Shown here piece by piece: positions 1 through 11,303 of a stretch of 64,000 nucleotides of DNA. The notes below the pieces were generated by a model, which was not told the DNA's origin, did no database searches, and saw only the letters and a list, made by a program, of their open reading frames with translations. Both the position numbers and the translations under genes were made by a program. The stretch comes from Octopus sinensis (lineage: Eukaryota), in NCBI RefSeq assembly GCF_006345805.1, contig NC_043011.1:61330464-61394463 (forward strand). Reading direction: 5' to 3'. Position 1 is the first letter of the stretch. Every line of letters begins with the position of its first letter.

Positions 1-54
1 TGCTCCCCGCCAAAAAATAAATTTCAGACCTTGTACCTAGAGTACAAAAGAATA

Positions 55-350
55 TATGCGTGGCTTTGTGGTTAGAGATATTCGGCTCATGATCGTAAAG
101 CCGAGAGTTCGATTACCAACGGTGCGATTTGTCCTTGAGCAAGACATTTTATTTTACACTGCTCCAGTCCACTCAGCAGATATAAATGAGAAGTATTTGT
201 TTTTCAAAGGGGTCAGTCTTGTCCCATCCTGTGTGACGCTGAATCTCCCCCAGAACTGCGTTAAGGGGACCCGTGTCTGTGTAGAGATCATCCACTTGCA
301 CGATAATTACATTGAGACAACTGGAACTGTCTTCGTCCCAACCGACGTCG
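55..350 (+). mobile_element. tRNA-derived SINE, local type D (degenerate)
   Basis: A-box/B-box-like head (TGGCTTTGTGG...GTTCGATT), then a GTCCTTGAGCAAGAC core and the same 3' body as the copy at 2207-2533. Confidence 0.6.
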
Positions 351-399
351 TGTTTATAAATAAGGCAAAATTAATCATTCCTCCGTAAATTGACTAAAT

Positions 400-692
400 G
401 GAGTGGCTGTGTGGTAAGTAGCATACTTTTGAACCACATGAATCCGGGTTCAGTCCCACTGCGTGGCACCTTGGGCAAGTGTCATTTACTATAGCCTCAG
501 GTAAACGAAAATCTTGTATATATGCTTGTGTGTCTTTGTTTGTCATCCCATCATCGCTGGACAAGTTCAAATCCCGCTGTTTGCACACCCGTAACTTAGC
601 AGGTTCGGCAAAAGAGACCGACAGAATGTGTACTAGGCTTACAAAGAATAAGACCAGGGTCGATTTGTTCGACTAAAGGCCGCAGTCAAATT
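400..692 (+). mobile_element. SINE type A, internally deleted
   Basis: Head GAGTGGCTGTGTGGTAAG...GGGTTCAGTCCCACTGCGTGGCACCTTGGGCAAG matches 8049-8448; part of the body is missing. Confidence 0.7.
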
Positions 693-1058
693 CTTTTATT
701 CTTTTACTTGTCTCAATCATTTGACTGCGGCTATGCTGAAGCAGCGCCTTTAGTCGAAAACATCGACCGCTAAGTTACAGGGCGTAAACACATCAACATC
801 TGTTGTCAAGCGATCATGGAGGGACAAACACGGACACAAACCTATACATACATACATACATACATACATACATACATACATACATACATACATACATACA
901 TACATGCATACATACATACATATATATATACATATATACGACGGGCTCTTTTCAGTTTCCCTCTACCAAATCCACTCACAAGGCTTTGGTCGTCCCGAGG
1001 CTATAGTAGAAAACGCTTAACCAGATTTCACGCAGTGGAACTGAACCCGGGACCATGT
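693..1058 (-). mobile_element. SINE type A
   Basis: Reverse complement of the type A body and tail, with an internal (TACA)n tract. Confidence 0.75.
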
Positions 1059-1277
1059 CGACAGGCATAGAGATATGTATGTATACACGTATGCTTGTAT
1101 GCCTATATATACAAACATGTTGGCTGCCCCCTCGTTATCGAGTATGGCCATTGTACGAATCTTAATCAATGTTGTTATCGTGCAATGCCTGTGCAAGAAG
1201 ATTTTTTTAAAGTGAAGAAAGGCTGTGCACTGAGTCAATCCCACTCACTAAGCAACAGCAGCCATAATCCGAAAAGA

Positions 1278-1670
1278 AAAAGTCAACATCATCGGTAACC
1301 ACTGAGCCGCAGGTTTTATGTTGAAGTTATCCTAGTTACCTGAGTTACCTTCTCCTAGAAGGATGCCCTAACAAAGGCTAGGAGTCCTTCACTCCCAATG
1401 GTTTAACCGCGCGATCGGGTATTCAGTCCAATTATTTCTATGTCCCCGCGCATGATACAGCCTTAATACATTTATTGGATGGCCGTTGACTCTCAAGAGT
1501 TCCTCCGCTCTTTGACAGGGTTTTGTATTTTATCCCGCAGAGTGTCCAATAAACACCCTCCTCAACAAGCAAGCTTGGTGGAGTTGCCGGTTTAGTCGCC
1601 GACGACTCGACCATGCAAGAGGTTGTACTGGGTTACATGTTACCAGTAACACTCGAAAGTGGCCTGACAT
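1278..1670 (-). mobile_element. Probable RTE-clade LINE 5' UTR fragment
   Basis: Minus strand carries GGGCATCCTTCTAGGAGAAGGTAACTC, which resembles the motif seen just upstream of RTE ORFs. No ORF is retained. Recognition by resemblance only. Confidence 0.4.
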
Positions 1671-1965
1671 AATATACAAACATATATATATTATTACATA
1701 CACAGATTGTAATACAGACAGACAACTCGACAGACAGGCAGACAGACAGGTAGATGGATATTGTTGACGTCATACGAAATTCAACTCTCCAGAGAAGGTG
1801 AAGTTATTTTTCTCGGGACAAAGGATCTCGAAACGCATAAAGCTATGTATAATGTCATGTATATAATGTGTGTATGTGCGTATATTTATATATATACATA
1901 TATATGTGTGTGTGTATCTATATACCTATAAATGTATATGTGTATATTTAGTATATTTGCATATA

Positions 1966-2051
<86 letters not shown>

Positions 2052-2206
2052 TGAGGTTTAGTTCACATGTGATCTAAACGATTAGGTACGCTATGTAAGT
2101 GCCGTAACGAATTACTGGTGCTCCAAGGTTATAGCCGAGACGTTATTTATTGAGCATTTGCAGTTTTCCGATGCAGCGGATCTAAAATTGTTAAACAGGA
2201 CGTCAA

Positions 2207-2533
2207 TCAATAAGACTCCGCCGGTTACGACGACGAGGTCCCAGCTGATACGATCAACGGAACAGCTTGCTCGTGAAATTAACGTGCAAATGGCTGAGCA
2301 TTCCACAGACACGTGTACCCTTAACGTAGTTCTCGGGGATAATCAGCGTGACACAGAGAGTGACAAGGCTGACCCTTTGAAATACAAGTACAACTCATTT
2401 TTGCCAGCTGAGTGGAATGGAGCAACGTGAAATAAAGTGTCTTGCTGAAGGACACAACGCGTCGCCGGGAATCGAACTCACAACCTTACGATCATGAGCC
2501 GAATGCCCTAACCACTAAGCCACGCGCCCTCAC
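2207..2533 (-). mobile_element. SINE type D, full length with target-site duplication
   Basis: Head GGCGCGTGGCTTAGTGGTTAGG...GAGTTCGATTCCC, flanked by the 14-bp direct repeat AAACAGGACGTCAA (2193-2206 and 2534-2547). Confidence 0.8.
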
Positions 2534-2608
2534 AAACAGGACGTCAAACATCAAAGCAAAGCAAGCATATCAAGTCGTATACAATATTATAAGAGGAAGA
2601 AATTCAAA

Positions 2609-2664
2609 ATCTTACAGCTCTTTCTGGGATATCCCCGAGTATGGGATATTCCATCATCAGAGAC
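2609..2664 (-). ncRNA. Minimal type-I hammerhead ribozyme motif (Penelope-type)
   Basis: Minus strand reads GTCT-CTGATGA-TGGAATATCCC(ATACTCG)GGGATATCCCA-GAAA-GAGCTGT-A-AGAT. Core is complete, stem II pairs at 10 of 11 positions, stem III is near-palindromic with one mismatch, and the cleavage triplet is GUA. Confidence 0.6.
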
Positions 2665-2908
2665 AAATGGGGGGTGAATACGGAAAATGAGAATGGTATG
2701 TATGAATAAGATGACAACATACAGGAAGTGAGTAAAAGAATAAGGATATAGAAAGAAAGAAGAAAAAAGAAGCATAAAAGTTCGTAGTTCAACTTTCCGA
2801 AATTTGTAGAAACCAGAGCGCGAGTCCTTAGGTTCAATCCTGCATAAATCCTAACTTCGGAAAGTTGAACTATGAACTTTTATGCTTCTTTTTTCTTCTC
2901 TCTTTCCC

Positions 2909-3564
2909 GAGGACAATTGCCCCTGACACAATTCCCCCTGATGATAAATACCCCCTTGGACAATTACCCCAACTGCTTAATTACCCCCTCTCCAATATAT
3001 TAAGAAGTTTTAAATCATCATTTTAAAAGTGCAAATTATCGCGGTTCTTCGCAAATATCGTATCCCATTTATGTGGTCATAATTGCTAACTACGGCATTA
3101 ATACGCGCTGAAACATCTAAATATTTCTTTCTAGAAATAATCAACAACAATATTAAAGTCTTTATAGATCAGAAATAACGTTATCAAAACATGAACGTAA
3201 CACAAAGCAAATATGCTTTTTGTTTTCTTCCGGGCACCAATGTACTGTAGCAATAGTCTTCACGTTGTTCACCGACCGACCTTTCCTCTGAAAAAATCAC
3301 TAGAATCAATCAATCTCCATACACAAATTATTTTTCCTCCTGAAACCTATAAAAAATACACACATTTGAGCGCAACTTTCTTTAAGCCACACATTAAATT
3401 TCCCAAGTAAAAGATAGTGGCTTATACACCGGAAAATACGGTACACACGGGGGGAATTTGGGTTTAACTGCTTAGGGGTAATTGCCCTTAGGGGCTGTTG
3501 TCCTCGGGGATAATTGTCCTTGGTGGGTTATTGCCCATGGGGGAGGGGTAAATGTCCTAGACTC
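2909..3564. mobile_element. Non-autonomous DNA transposon with subterminal motif arrays
   Basis: Repeated GGACAATT(G/A)CCCC-like motifs at the left end and inverted GGGG(T/A)AATTG(C/T)CC-like motifs at the right end, which terminates in GTCCTAGACTC. AT-rich non-coding interior. Superfamily not assigned. Confidence 0.5.
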
Positions 3565-4129
3565 TTTCCAGTATAAAGAAAGTCGTGACATTGTTGCCCC
3601 GGGCCCAGGTGTATAAGCCGCCATTTCTTTTGTTTTACCTTCATGTTTTGATAATGTTATTTTTTTTTATCTAATAAAGACTTTGATATTGACGAAATGT
3701 GTTTGTTGCAGATTATAGTAAGATAAAATCGTGACAATAGCAATACATCTCATAGTTGTAAAATAAGGCATTTTGAAACTACATATACGTCAACAACAAA
3801 AAAGCTACCCGCGGACTGGTTGCGCTATAGGTTTTGTAAACACCGGCGTGCTTTATGTGTGGACGAAAAACAGCGATGTCGGGCAAACGAATATATATAT
3901 ATGTAAATAATATTTCTTCCTTCTTGGTGTTCATTGTCTGATGGTGTTGATTCTTCGAACAGAGTGGTGACATTTAGTAAAGATGACCCGGAAGTTGGTT
4001 CTCTTCGATTACTATCGTAAACAGGAGTAGCTTTCATCAACCGAACACATGTCATTGATTGGTTGAAATTACCCAAATAAAAATACGAAATTTTGTCAAA
4101 AACGTTAAGAGTAGACCGTGTTCTACGCG

Positions 4130-4237
4130 AGAAATTCTATCAGAAAAATTTTTGGGTAAAATTTTCGGTGAAAATGTTCGGAAAATTTTTAGGTAAAATT
4201 TTCGAAAAATTTTTGGGGAAAATTTTCGAAAATTTTG
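4130..4237. repeat. About 12-bp minisatellite (AAAATTTT(C/T)G(G))n
   Basis: About nine degenerate tandem units visible, each containing the palindrome AAAATTTT. Confidence 0.7.
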
Positions 4238-4281
4238 GTAGACAGAAACTGAAAGAAGCCCATCGTATATATGTATATGTG

Positions 4282-4312
<31 letters not shown>

Positions 4313-4540
4313 GTGAGTGTGTGTGTGTGTGTATGTTTGTGTCTGTGTGTGTTCTGCCACCATCGCTTGACAACCGATGCTAGTGTGTTTACGTCCGCGT
4401 AACTTAGCAGTTCGGGAAAAGAAACCAATAGAATAAGTACCAGGCTTACCAAGAACAAGTTCTACGGTCGATTTGTTCGACTAAAGACGATGCTCCAGCA
4501 TAGCCGCAGTCAAACGACCTACACAAATTAAAGTATAAAA

Positions 4541-4544
<4 letters not shown>
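4236..4544 (+). mobile_element. SINE type A, 5'-truncated
   Basis: TGGTAGACAGAAACTGAAAGAAGCCC through the tail matches 8049-8448. Confidence 0.7.
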
Positions 4545-4608
<64 letters not shown>

Positions 4609-4612
<4 letters not shown>

Positions 4613-5038
4613 AATAAATAGAACGTTATAAAAATATAAAACAAAGAATTGTTACTCCAAGACTTCGGAAGAACGCCGTAGTTTTTCCTCCCTCCAGGAA
4701 CCGTAAAAGAAAACAGAATAATCTAATATTACGGTCTATGCATACCTGCATATAATTATGTGTATATTATATATATATTCCTCCTCCAGGAACCGTAAAA
4801 GAAAACAGAATAATCTAATATTACGGTCTATGCATACCTGCATATAATTATGTGTATATTATATATATATATATATATAATATACACATAATTATATGCA
4901 GGTATGCATAGACCGTAATATTAGATTATTCTGTTTTCTTTTACGGTTCCTGGAGGGAGGAAAAACTACGGCGTTCTTCCGAAGTCTTGGAGTAACAATT
5001 CTTTGTTTTATATTTTTATAACGTTCTATTTATTCCTA
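4609..5038. repeat. Long palindrome with a (TA)n centre and partial tandem duplication
   Basis: 4878-5038 is the reverse complement of about 4609-4770; about 4778-4868 repeats part of the left arm. Confidence 0.9.
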
Positions 5039-5289
5039 TTTCTTTTTTTTTATTATTGTTATTGTTTTTAGAATTCTCTATGAATATAACAGGAATACAA
5101 AGAATAACAATAACCAAATTTTGAAAAAAAAGCAGAAAAAATTCTGCAGAAAAAAAAATAATAAATGAAATTCGTAAAAACTACAAAGAAGATATTGAGA
5201 ATCAAATTTTGTTTCCATCTTCGGCGTAATATTGATTTCTTTGATGCTCTCAGTAGAGGGCGCTTTTGTTGCTGTTCTTGTTTGTGGGG

Positions 5290-5960
5290 GCGGTTGTGGT
5301 GGGGATGAGGTGTTATTGTTGTTGCTATTGTTTTAGTAGTAGTAGTTGTGGGAGTGGTGGTGGTGGTAGTGATAGTAGTAGTGGTAGTAGTAGTGATGTT
5401 AGTAGTAGTGGTGGTAGTGGTGGTGGTAGTAGTAGTAGTAGTAACTGATATTAGTCTTTCACTTTCCCTTCTTTCAACCCTACCCCCTTCTTCCTTCTGC
5501 TCCTCCTTCTTACCTCCTTCTCTTACCCCTCCTTTTCGCCTTTTGCTCTATATTTTCTTCTTCATCCTCTTTCACATGTTCCTCATGGTTTTCCTTTCTT
5601 CTTCATCATTTTTTAAAATTCTTTTCACCTCCTCCTCCTCCTCCTCCTTTGTTTTCTTCTTTCCGTCATCGTTGTCGTCTTCGTCGTCGTTCTCCTCATC
5701 CTTCTCCTCCTTGCTTTAATGATGCTACCACTTGTTTCCCTTATCACAGCTGTTGTGCGTTCGATGTTCGATTTCCACTTTTACTGAGAACATCCTGGGA
5801 AAATGATGATTGAGCCGATAATTTCGATGATGATGATGATGATGATGATGACGATGACGACGACGGCGAGGACGACGACGACGACGACGATGATAATGAT
5901 GCTGGTTGTCGTTATAGCAAAGCTGTGGCCTTTGCTATGACTGATAATGCTAAAAGTAGA

Positions 5961-6016
<56 letters not shown>

Positions 6017-6040
6017 CGATGATGATGACGATGATGGTGA
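5290..6040. repeat. Compound trinucleotide low-complexity tract (GTA/GGT, TCC/TTC, GAT/GAC)
   Basis: Directly visible; explains the poly-V/S/M ORFs in the track. Confidence 0.9.
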
Positions 6041-7168
6041 AAATAGGTGAAGGTAGATTTGGCGATGGCGGAGCAGAAGGTCGAGTGCAGAAAGGACGCC
6101 ATATTTTTCCTGACCATAAAAAGGGTTGTATATTTTATTTGATTTTTATCTGATTTGATTTTTTTTTATATCTTTAATGTTACGTTTCAACCTTGTTTTT
6201 CTTTTCTGTAACGTAAAAAACAAAATCGGAGAATTCATGGCTTTTAATTACTGCCTGATTAAATATTGATCTCTAATGTACCAGACTAACATTTCTTTAT
6301 AGTTGTATTAATATACTTACTTTATCGATCACTCTCACAACCCGTATTTGATCAGAAGCATCACGAGGTGCCTAATTTAGTCGACCAGGTGCTTTATTAC
6401 CGCAATCAACTCGCCTGTACTAATAACGATTTCGTTTCATTTTAGCAGAAGACCAGTTTATGATGTAAACCAATTAATCAAGACTCTACTGGGGCGACTC
6501 AATTGATTATCTGCAATGCACTAATAATTTGTTATGTTTTTTCCTCTAATGGCATAAAAATTAGCTTCGCCTGTCTTACTACCCCTCATCACTTTCTAGT
6601 CCCTGTAGTACAGACTTGAACTTAAACCGTTAGTTAAGACGTCGTTGTTATTACGATAACCATTGCTAAGTCTGATGTGGATGATTTCACTTGCTAAACT
6701 ATGACTGACTTTTTTCTACCGTCGTATACTTTTTTGTAACAGAACGTTCGTAAATGTTACCTCTATATGCCTACCTACCTACCTACCTACCTACTTACCA
6801 ACATATATATAATAGAAATATGTTTCAAAACCAGTGAACAGCATTGACGATACCGGTTTGACTTTGAATCTCTTTAACTATTCAAAATAGTGAATTTAAT
6901 TAATTCCTCTTAATTACACCTCATTTTATTTACTTGAATTTATTTATCGGTACTTTCATAAAATACCTTTATTTTTTATATTCAATGTGCATTTTCGCTT
7001 TCCTTTCCGTACTTTCCCCATATATATATATATATATGTAGGCATGTATGTATGTATATATATATCTATATATTTATATGTATTCATTTATGTATGTATG
7101 TATATACATACATACATACATACATACATACATACATACATACATACATACATGCATATAATTTATTT

Positions 7169-7275
7169 AAAAGTAGCAGAAATATCAGAAAAACTGTTAC
7201 TCAGAGTTTCACGTTCCCGACAAACTGGAACGTGAAACTCTGAGTAACAGTTTTTCTGATATTTCTGCTGCTTTT
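7169..7275. repeat. 49-bp-arm inverted repeat with a 9-nt loop
   Basis: 7169-7217 and 7227-7275 are reverse complements with a single mismatch (G-T wobble). Confidence 0.9.
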
Positions 7276-7353
7276 TAATAAAGCATATTATTCTCCCTCT
7301 GGTATTTGAGTACTATTTTTGTCCACCTTGTTTCACATTTATGTTCTTACTCC

Positions 7354-7444
<91 letters not shown>

Positions 7445-7466
7445 TACATATATATGTTTGTGTACG

Positions 7467-7508
<42 letters not shown>

Positions 7509-7639
7509 TACGTATACGGTGGGCTTCAATTTCCGTTTCCAAAATCGAGTACATCTACTAGGTTTTGGTAAGCTCCCAGCAACAGTAGAAGACACTTGCC
7601 GAAAGCTCCACGCATTGGGACTGAACCCTTACCACATAG

Positions 7640-7970
7640 CCACCATTCTTACGACACAGTCACGACTGCGCCTTAGGATGTCATCTAACCCTTCATTAAC
7701 GTTAACCTTTCTGTTCAATCTAGCTTTGTGAAAGAATCGTTCAGTGTTATTACGAAGACAGATGATCACCTTCAGCTTGGCACGTGATATTTTGGCAACT
7801 CTGGTTCCATTCTTGAAAAAAATCCATTCGTACATATTCCATAGAGGCAAAAACAGTAGTTTCCATATTTCCATGTTGCTGGAAGCGTTCCATTGATTTC
7901 CATCTACAGATTCAACCAACATAAAATGGATCGCTGAACGCTGCTGTTTCTTCTGAGCAAACAGAAAACG
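7640..7970 (-). pseudogene. Mariner transposase N-terminal (HTH) remnant
   Basis: QQRSAIHFMLVE...MYEWIFFKNG resembles the mariner N-terminus (QRxVIxF...VYEWxxxFKNG) and parallels the element at 51.5-52.8 kb. Confidence 0.5.
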
Positions 7971-8048
7971 GTAGAGCCATCATCAACTTACAAACAACAG
8001 CTTAAATGTTTAATTTACGATTCAAGTTAAAACCTTTATACTATAACT

Positions 8049-8448
8049 AGGCGCAGGAGTGGCTGTGTGGTAAGTAGCTTGTTTACCAACCACATGGCTC
8101 CGGGTTCAGTCCCACTGCGTGGCACCTTGGGCAAGTGTCAGCTACTATAGCCTCGGGCCGACCAAAGCCTTGTGAGTGGATTTGGTTGACGGAAACTGAA
8201 AGAAGCCCGTCGTATATATTGTATATGTATATGCGTGTGTGTGATTGTGTGTCTGTGTTTGTCCCCCTAGCATTGCTTGACAACCGATGTTGGTGTGTTT
8301 ATGTCCCCGTTACCTAGCGGTTCGGCAAAAGAGACCGATAGAATAAGTACTGGGCTTACAAAAGAATAAGTCCCGGGGTCGAGTTGCTCGATTAAAGGCG
8401 GTGCTCCAGCATGGCCGCAGTCAAATGACTGAAACAAGTAAAAGAGTA
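8049..8448 (+). mobile_element. SINE type A, full length (best copy in the window)
   Basis: tRNA-like head with A/B boxes, a CORE-like CCTTGGGCAAGT segment, an internal microsatellite, and tail GGCGGTGCTCCAGCATGGCCGCAGTCAAATGACTGAAACAAG. Confidence 0.85.
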
Positions 8449-9199
8449 ACTAAAGTGAGACATTTTCCAGTCAGCTGGTCGCGTACAGCTAATTTCACAC
8501 CAAAGGGACCAGTATATCAAGTGCATAGCTTATTGTTTAACACTAGGTCGACCATCAGTGTATTACGTGCGTCTCTTATTTAACCCATGGCGAACCCCTA
8601 AAAACACTTGTGAAGGTGGTTGCCGTAGCTCTGGTAACACTTCAGTGCATTGCGTACATACGTTATTTGACCCTTGGCGGATTAGATAACGGAAGGATGT
8701 TGCTTAAACCTTTGTGACCCTGGTCACTTAGTGCCATGATCAAATTTATATGCGTCATTACCATTCTGTCTCATTCCCGATTTGTGTATGTATTTAGTAT
8801 TACCTTATGCGACGTGTCCATTCCTTGAGCGTTAGGAGAGAAGGTCAGCGCCCATGACCCTTTAGTTTTTCAGATCCTCTGAAACGGGTTGGATGAAGGG
8901 AGCGAGCGTTCTTCGGACTGGAGGCTGAAGCCGTTCGTTTTGAATAGAGAAAGCCCCACATAATTCAATCAAAGTAGCTGCTGGTGGTGTTAAACTGGTT
9001 GACGGTATAAACCTACAAAACCTACGTCTACCTACAAAACGCAGAATGAAGATACAAAAGAAATACCAAGATGTATGACTTCTGACCCTCTATCAATTCC
9101 GTCCATCCACGACCTTCGATAAAGACATCATTTTATTGACCCCGAATAAATGAAAGGCAACGATGTGTGCTCGTTTGATCTGCTACAAAAATCTCTTCT

Positions 9200-9254
9200 A
9201 CGTTTTCGCCTGTATTTCTGGTTGTCTGTCACTTTCTTTCTTTCACTCGTTCAC

Positions 9255-9285
<31 letters not shown>

Positions 9286-9374
9286 GTTCTTTTCTCTCTC
9301 TCTTCTCGTTCTTTTCTTTCTCTCTCTCTCTCTCTCCCTCGTTCTTTCCTTTCCGTCTCTCTCCATTGTTCTCT

Positions 9375-9413
<39 letters not shown>

Positions 9414-9870
9414 TTCTCCTCTTTCTTTCTTTCTGTCTTTTTTTCTTTCTGTCTTTCTTTCTCTCTCTCTCTCTCTCCATTGTTCTCCTCTTTCTTTCTT
9501 TCTGTCTTTCTTTCTCTCTCTCTCTCCATCGTTCTCCACTTTCTTTCTTTCTGTCTTTTTTTTTCTTTCTCTCTCTGTCTCTCTCTCTCTCTCTTAGGTA
9601 TCACTGCTTCTACATACGAATAAAAACGCTCTTAATCACGATCGATGAAAACTGGCTTCGGACTAAACAACAACAACAACAACAACAACAGCAGGAGCAA
9701 CAACAACAACAACAACAACAGCAGCAACAACCAGAGCAGGCTTAATATGATGAAGAAATCCACGGCAGCCCTACGAATCCTTCAAAACTACCACTATCAC
9801 CGCCACCACCTCAGCCACCACCACCACCACTACCACCACCACAAGCTCCCCCATCACCATTCCCACGCTA
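9200..9870. repeat. CT-rich tract followed by (CAA)n and (CAC)n microsatellites
   Basis: Directly visible; explains the SL/ER, poly-N and poly-H ORFs. Confidence 0.9.
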
Positions 9871-10609
9871 TGACGAGGAATGTCCCGGATGGTAATAGGT
9901 GGATTACGTTTTATTGTAGACAGGTGCGATCAGCGCTGGATTGGAGGTAAAAAAAAAAAAAAAGATTGTTTCCTGCCGGCAGTCTCTCACTTCATCTGTC
10001 TGTCGGTCTGGATGCCTGCCTGCCTGCCTGCCTGCCCGTCTGACTGCCTGCCTGTTTGCCTGTCTCCGTCTCTCTCTCTTTCTTTTTTTCTTTCTTAAAC
10101 AACCGAGTTGAAAATATGAACAACTCTATTAAATATTCATTGTTCAAAGTCGGGTTTAAATCTTTCTTTAATTGCCAAAGATTCGGACTTGTTGCCAGTT
10201 AACTCAGTCGTGATTTTGTTGTTGTTGTTGTGGTGGTTGTTGCTGCTATCGATCTAGCTGAATCGTGAATGCATCTCATATAGAATGTCTATCGGCGTTT
10301 CTTCCGGTTCTTTACGCTCTGGGTTCAAATTCACCCGAGGTCAACTTTGCCTTACATTCTTTTGGGGTAGGTCGAACAGAACAGCAGGGGAACAGATTAC
10401 CCCTAACGATCTCCCACAGATTTCCAAGCTTTGTCCCTAGAGTAGAAGGTATTTTTTTCATTATTATGAACACTGGGGTCGGTGTAATCGACTCAGCCCC
10501 GCTGCCCTTGTGGAAATGTTTGAAACAAGCATCATCATCATCATCATCATCATCACCATCATCACCATCACCATCATCATCATCATCATCATTATTATTA
10601 TTATTATTA

Positions 10610-10652
<43 letters not shown>

Positions 10653-10656
10653 CATC

Positions 10657-10872
10657 AAGGCGGCGAGCTGGCAGAATCGTTAGCACACCAGGCGAAATGC
10701 TTAACGGTATTTCGTCCGTTGCTACATTCTGAGTTCAGATACCGTCGAGGTCGACTTTTCCTTTCATCCTCTCGGGGTCGATAAATTAACTACCAATGAA
10801 ACACTGTGGTCGATGTAATCGACTAGTCCCCCGCCCCCACAAATTTAAGGCCCTGTGCTTCCAGTAGAACGG

Positions 10873-10873
<1 letters not shown>
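10657..10873 (+). mobile_element. SINE type B1 monomer inside an (ATT)n tract
   Basis: AAGGCGGCGAGCTGGCAGAA head, GAGTTCAGAT B-box, central CCTTTCATCCTCTCGGGGTCGATAAATT domain and GTAGAA tail. Confidence 0.8.
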
Positions 10874-10958
<85 letters not shown>

Positions 10959-10989
10959 CATTGTTAATATTATTATTATTATTATTATT

Positions 10990-11256
10990 CAGTAGTTTTA
11001 TTTTTATTTTTATAGCGTGCTTTCACTTCACTACCGAGCGCAGCTCTGTGTGCCTTGGGTATGTGCTGTGATTTGTTGTGATGCTCTGATGGTTATTGTA
11101 TGGAAAGTGTTCTGCGTAGGATGTGTGCAGTGCCTAGTAGTGCAATTTTCTGTATGTTATATGTGTTTGTAAGTCCTGGTGTTTTTGTTATGTATTTGTC
11201 TGAATATTTTTTTATCATGCCTAATGCACCTACTATGATAGGAATTGTTTCTGTTT

Positions 11257-11260
<4 letters not shown>
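10990..11260 (-). mobile_element. R4/Dong-like non-LTR retrotransposon, extreme 3' fragment in (TAA)n
   Basis: IPIIVGALGMIKK...IQKIALLGTAHILRRTLSIQ* resembles the C-terminus of RLE-encoding (R4-type) ORFs. A short 3' UTR follows, with (TAA)n on both flanks. Confidence 0.75.

Positions 11261-11303
<43 letters not shown>

Noticed and set aside
6037-6125. KIGEGRFG resembling a kinase glycine-rich loop
   Set aside because: It follows directly from a (GAT)n tract, no VAIK/HRD/DFG motifs follow, and there is no splice acceptor; most likely chance.
8049-8125. tRNA-like sequences (also heads of SINE types B-E)
   Set aside because: They have A/B boxes but no complete cloverleaf and run straight into SINE bodies, so they are not tRNA genes.
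9597-9900. Poly-Q then Pro-rich reading frame with two YDEE motifs
   Set aside because: It is interrupted by TAA and composed mainly of CAA/CCA microsatellites, which are common throughout the window.
9919-9945. Possible 27-nt microexon (TGAISAGLE) with AG/GT boundaries
   Set aside because: Too short to distinguish from chance without RNA-seq.
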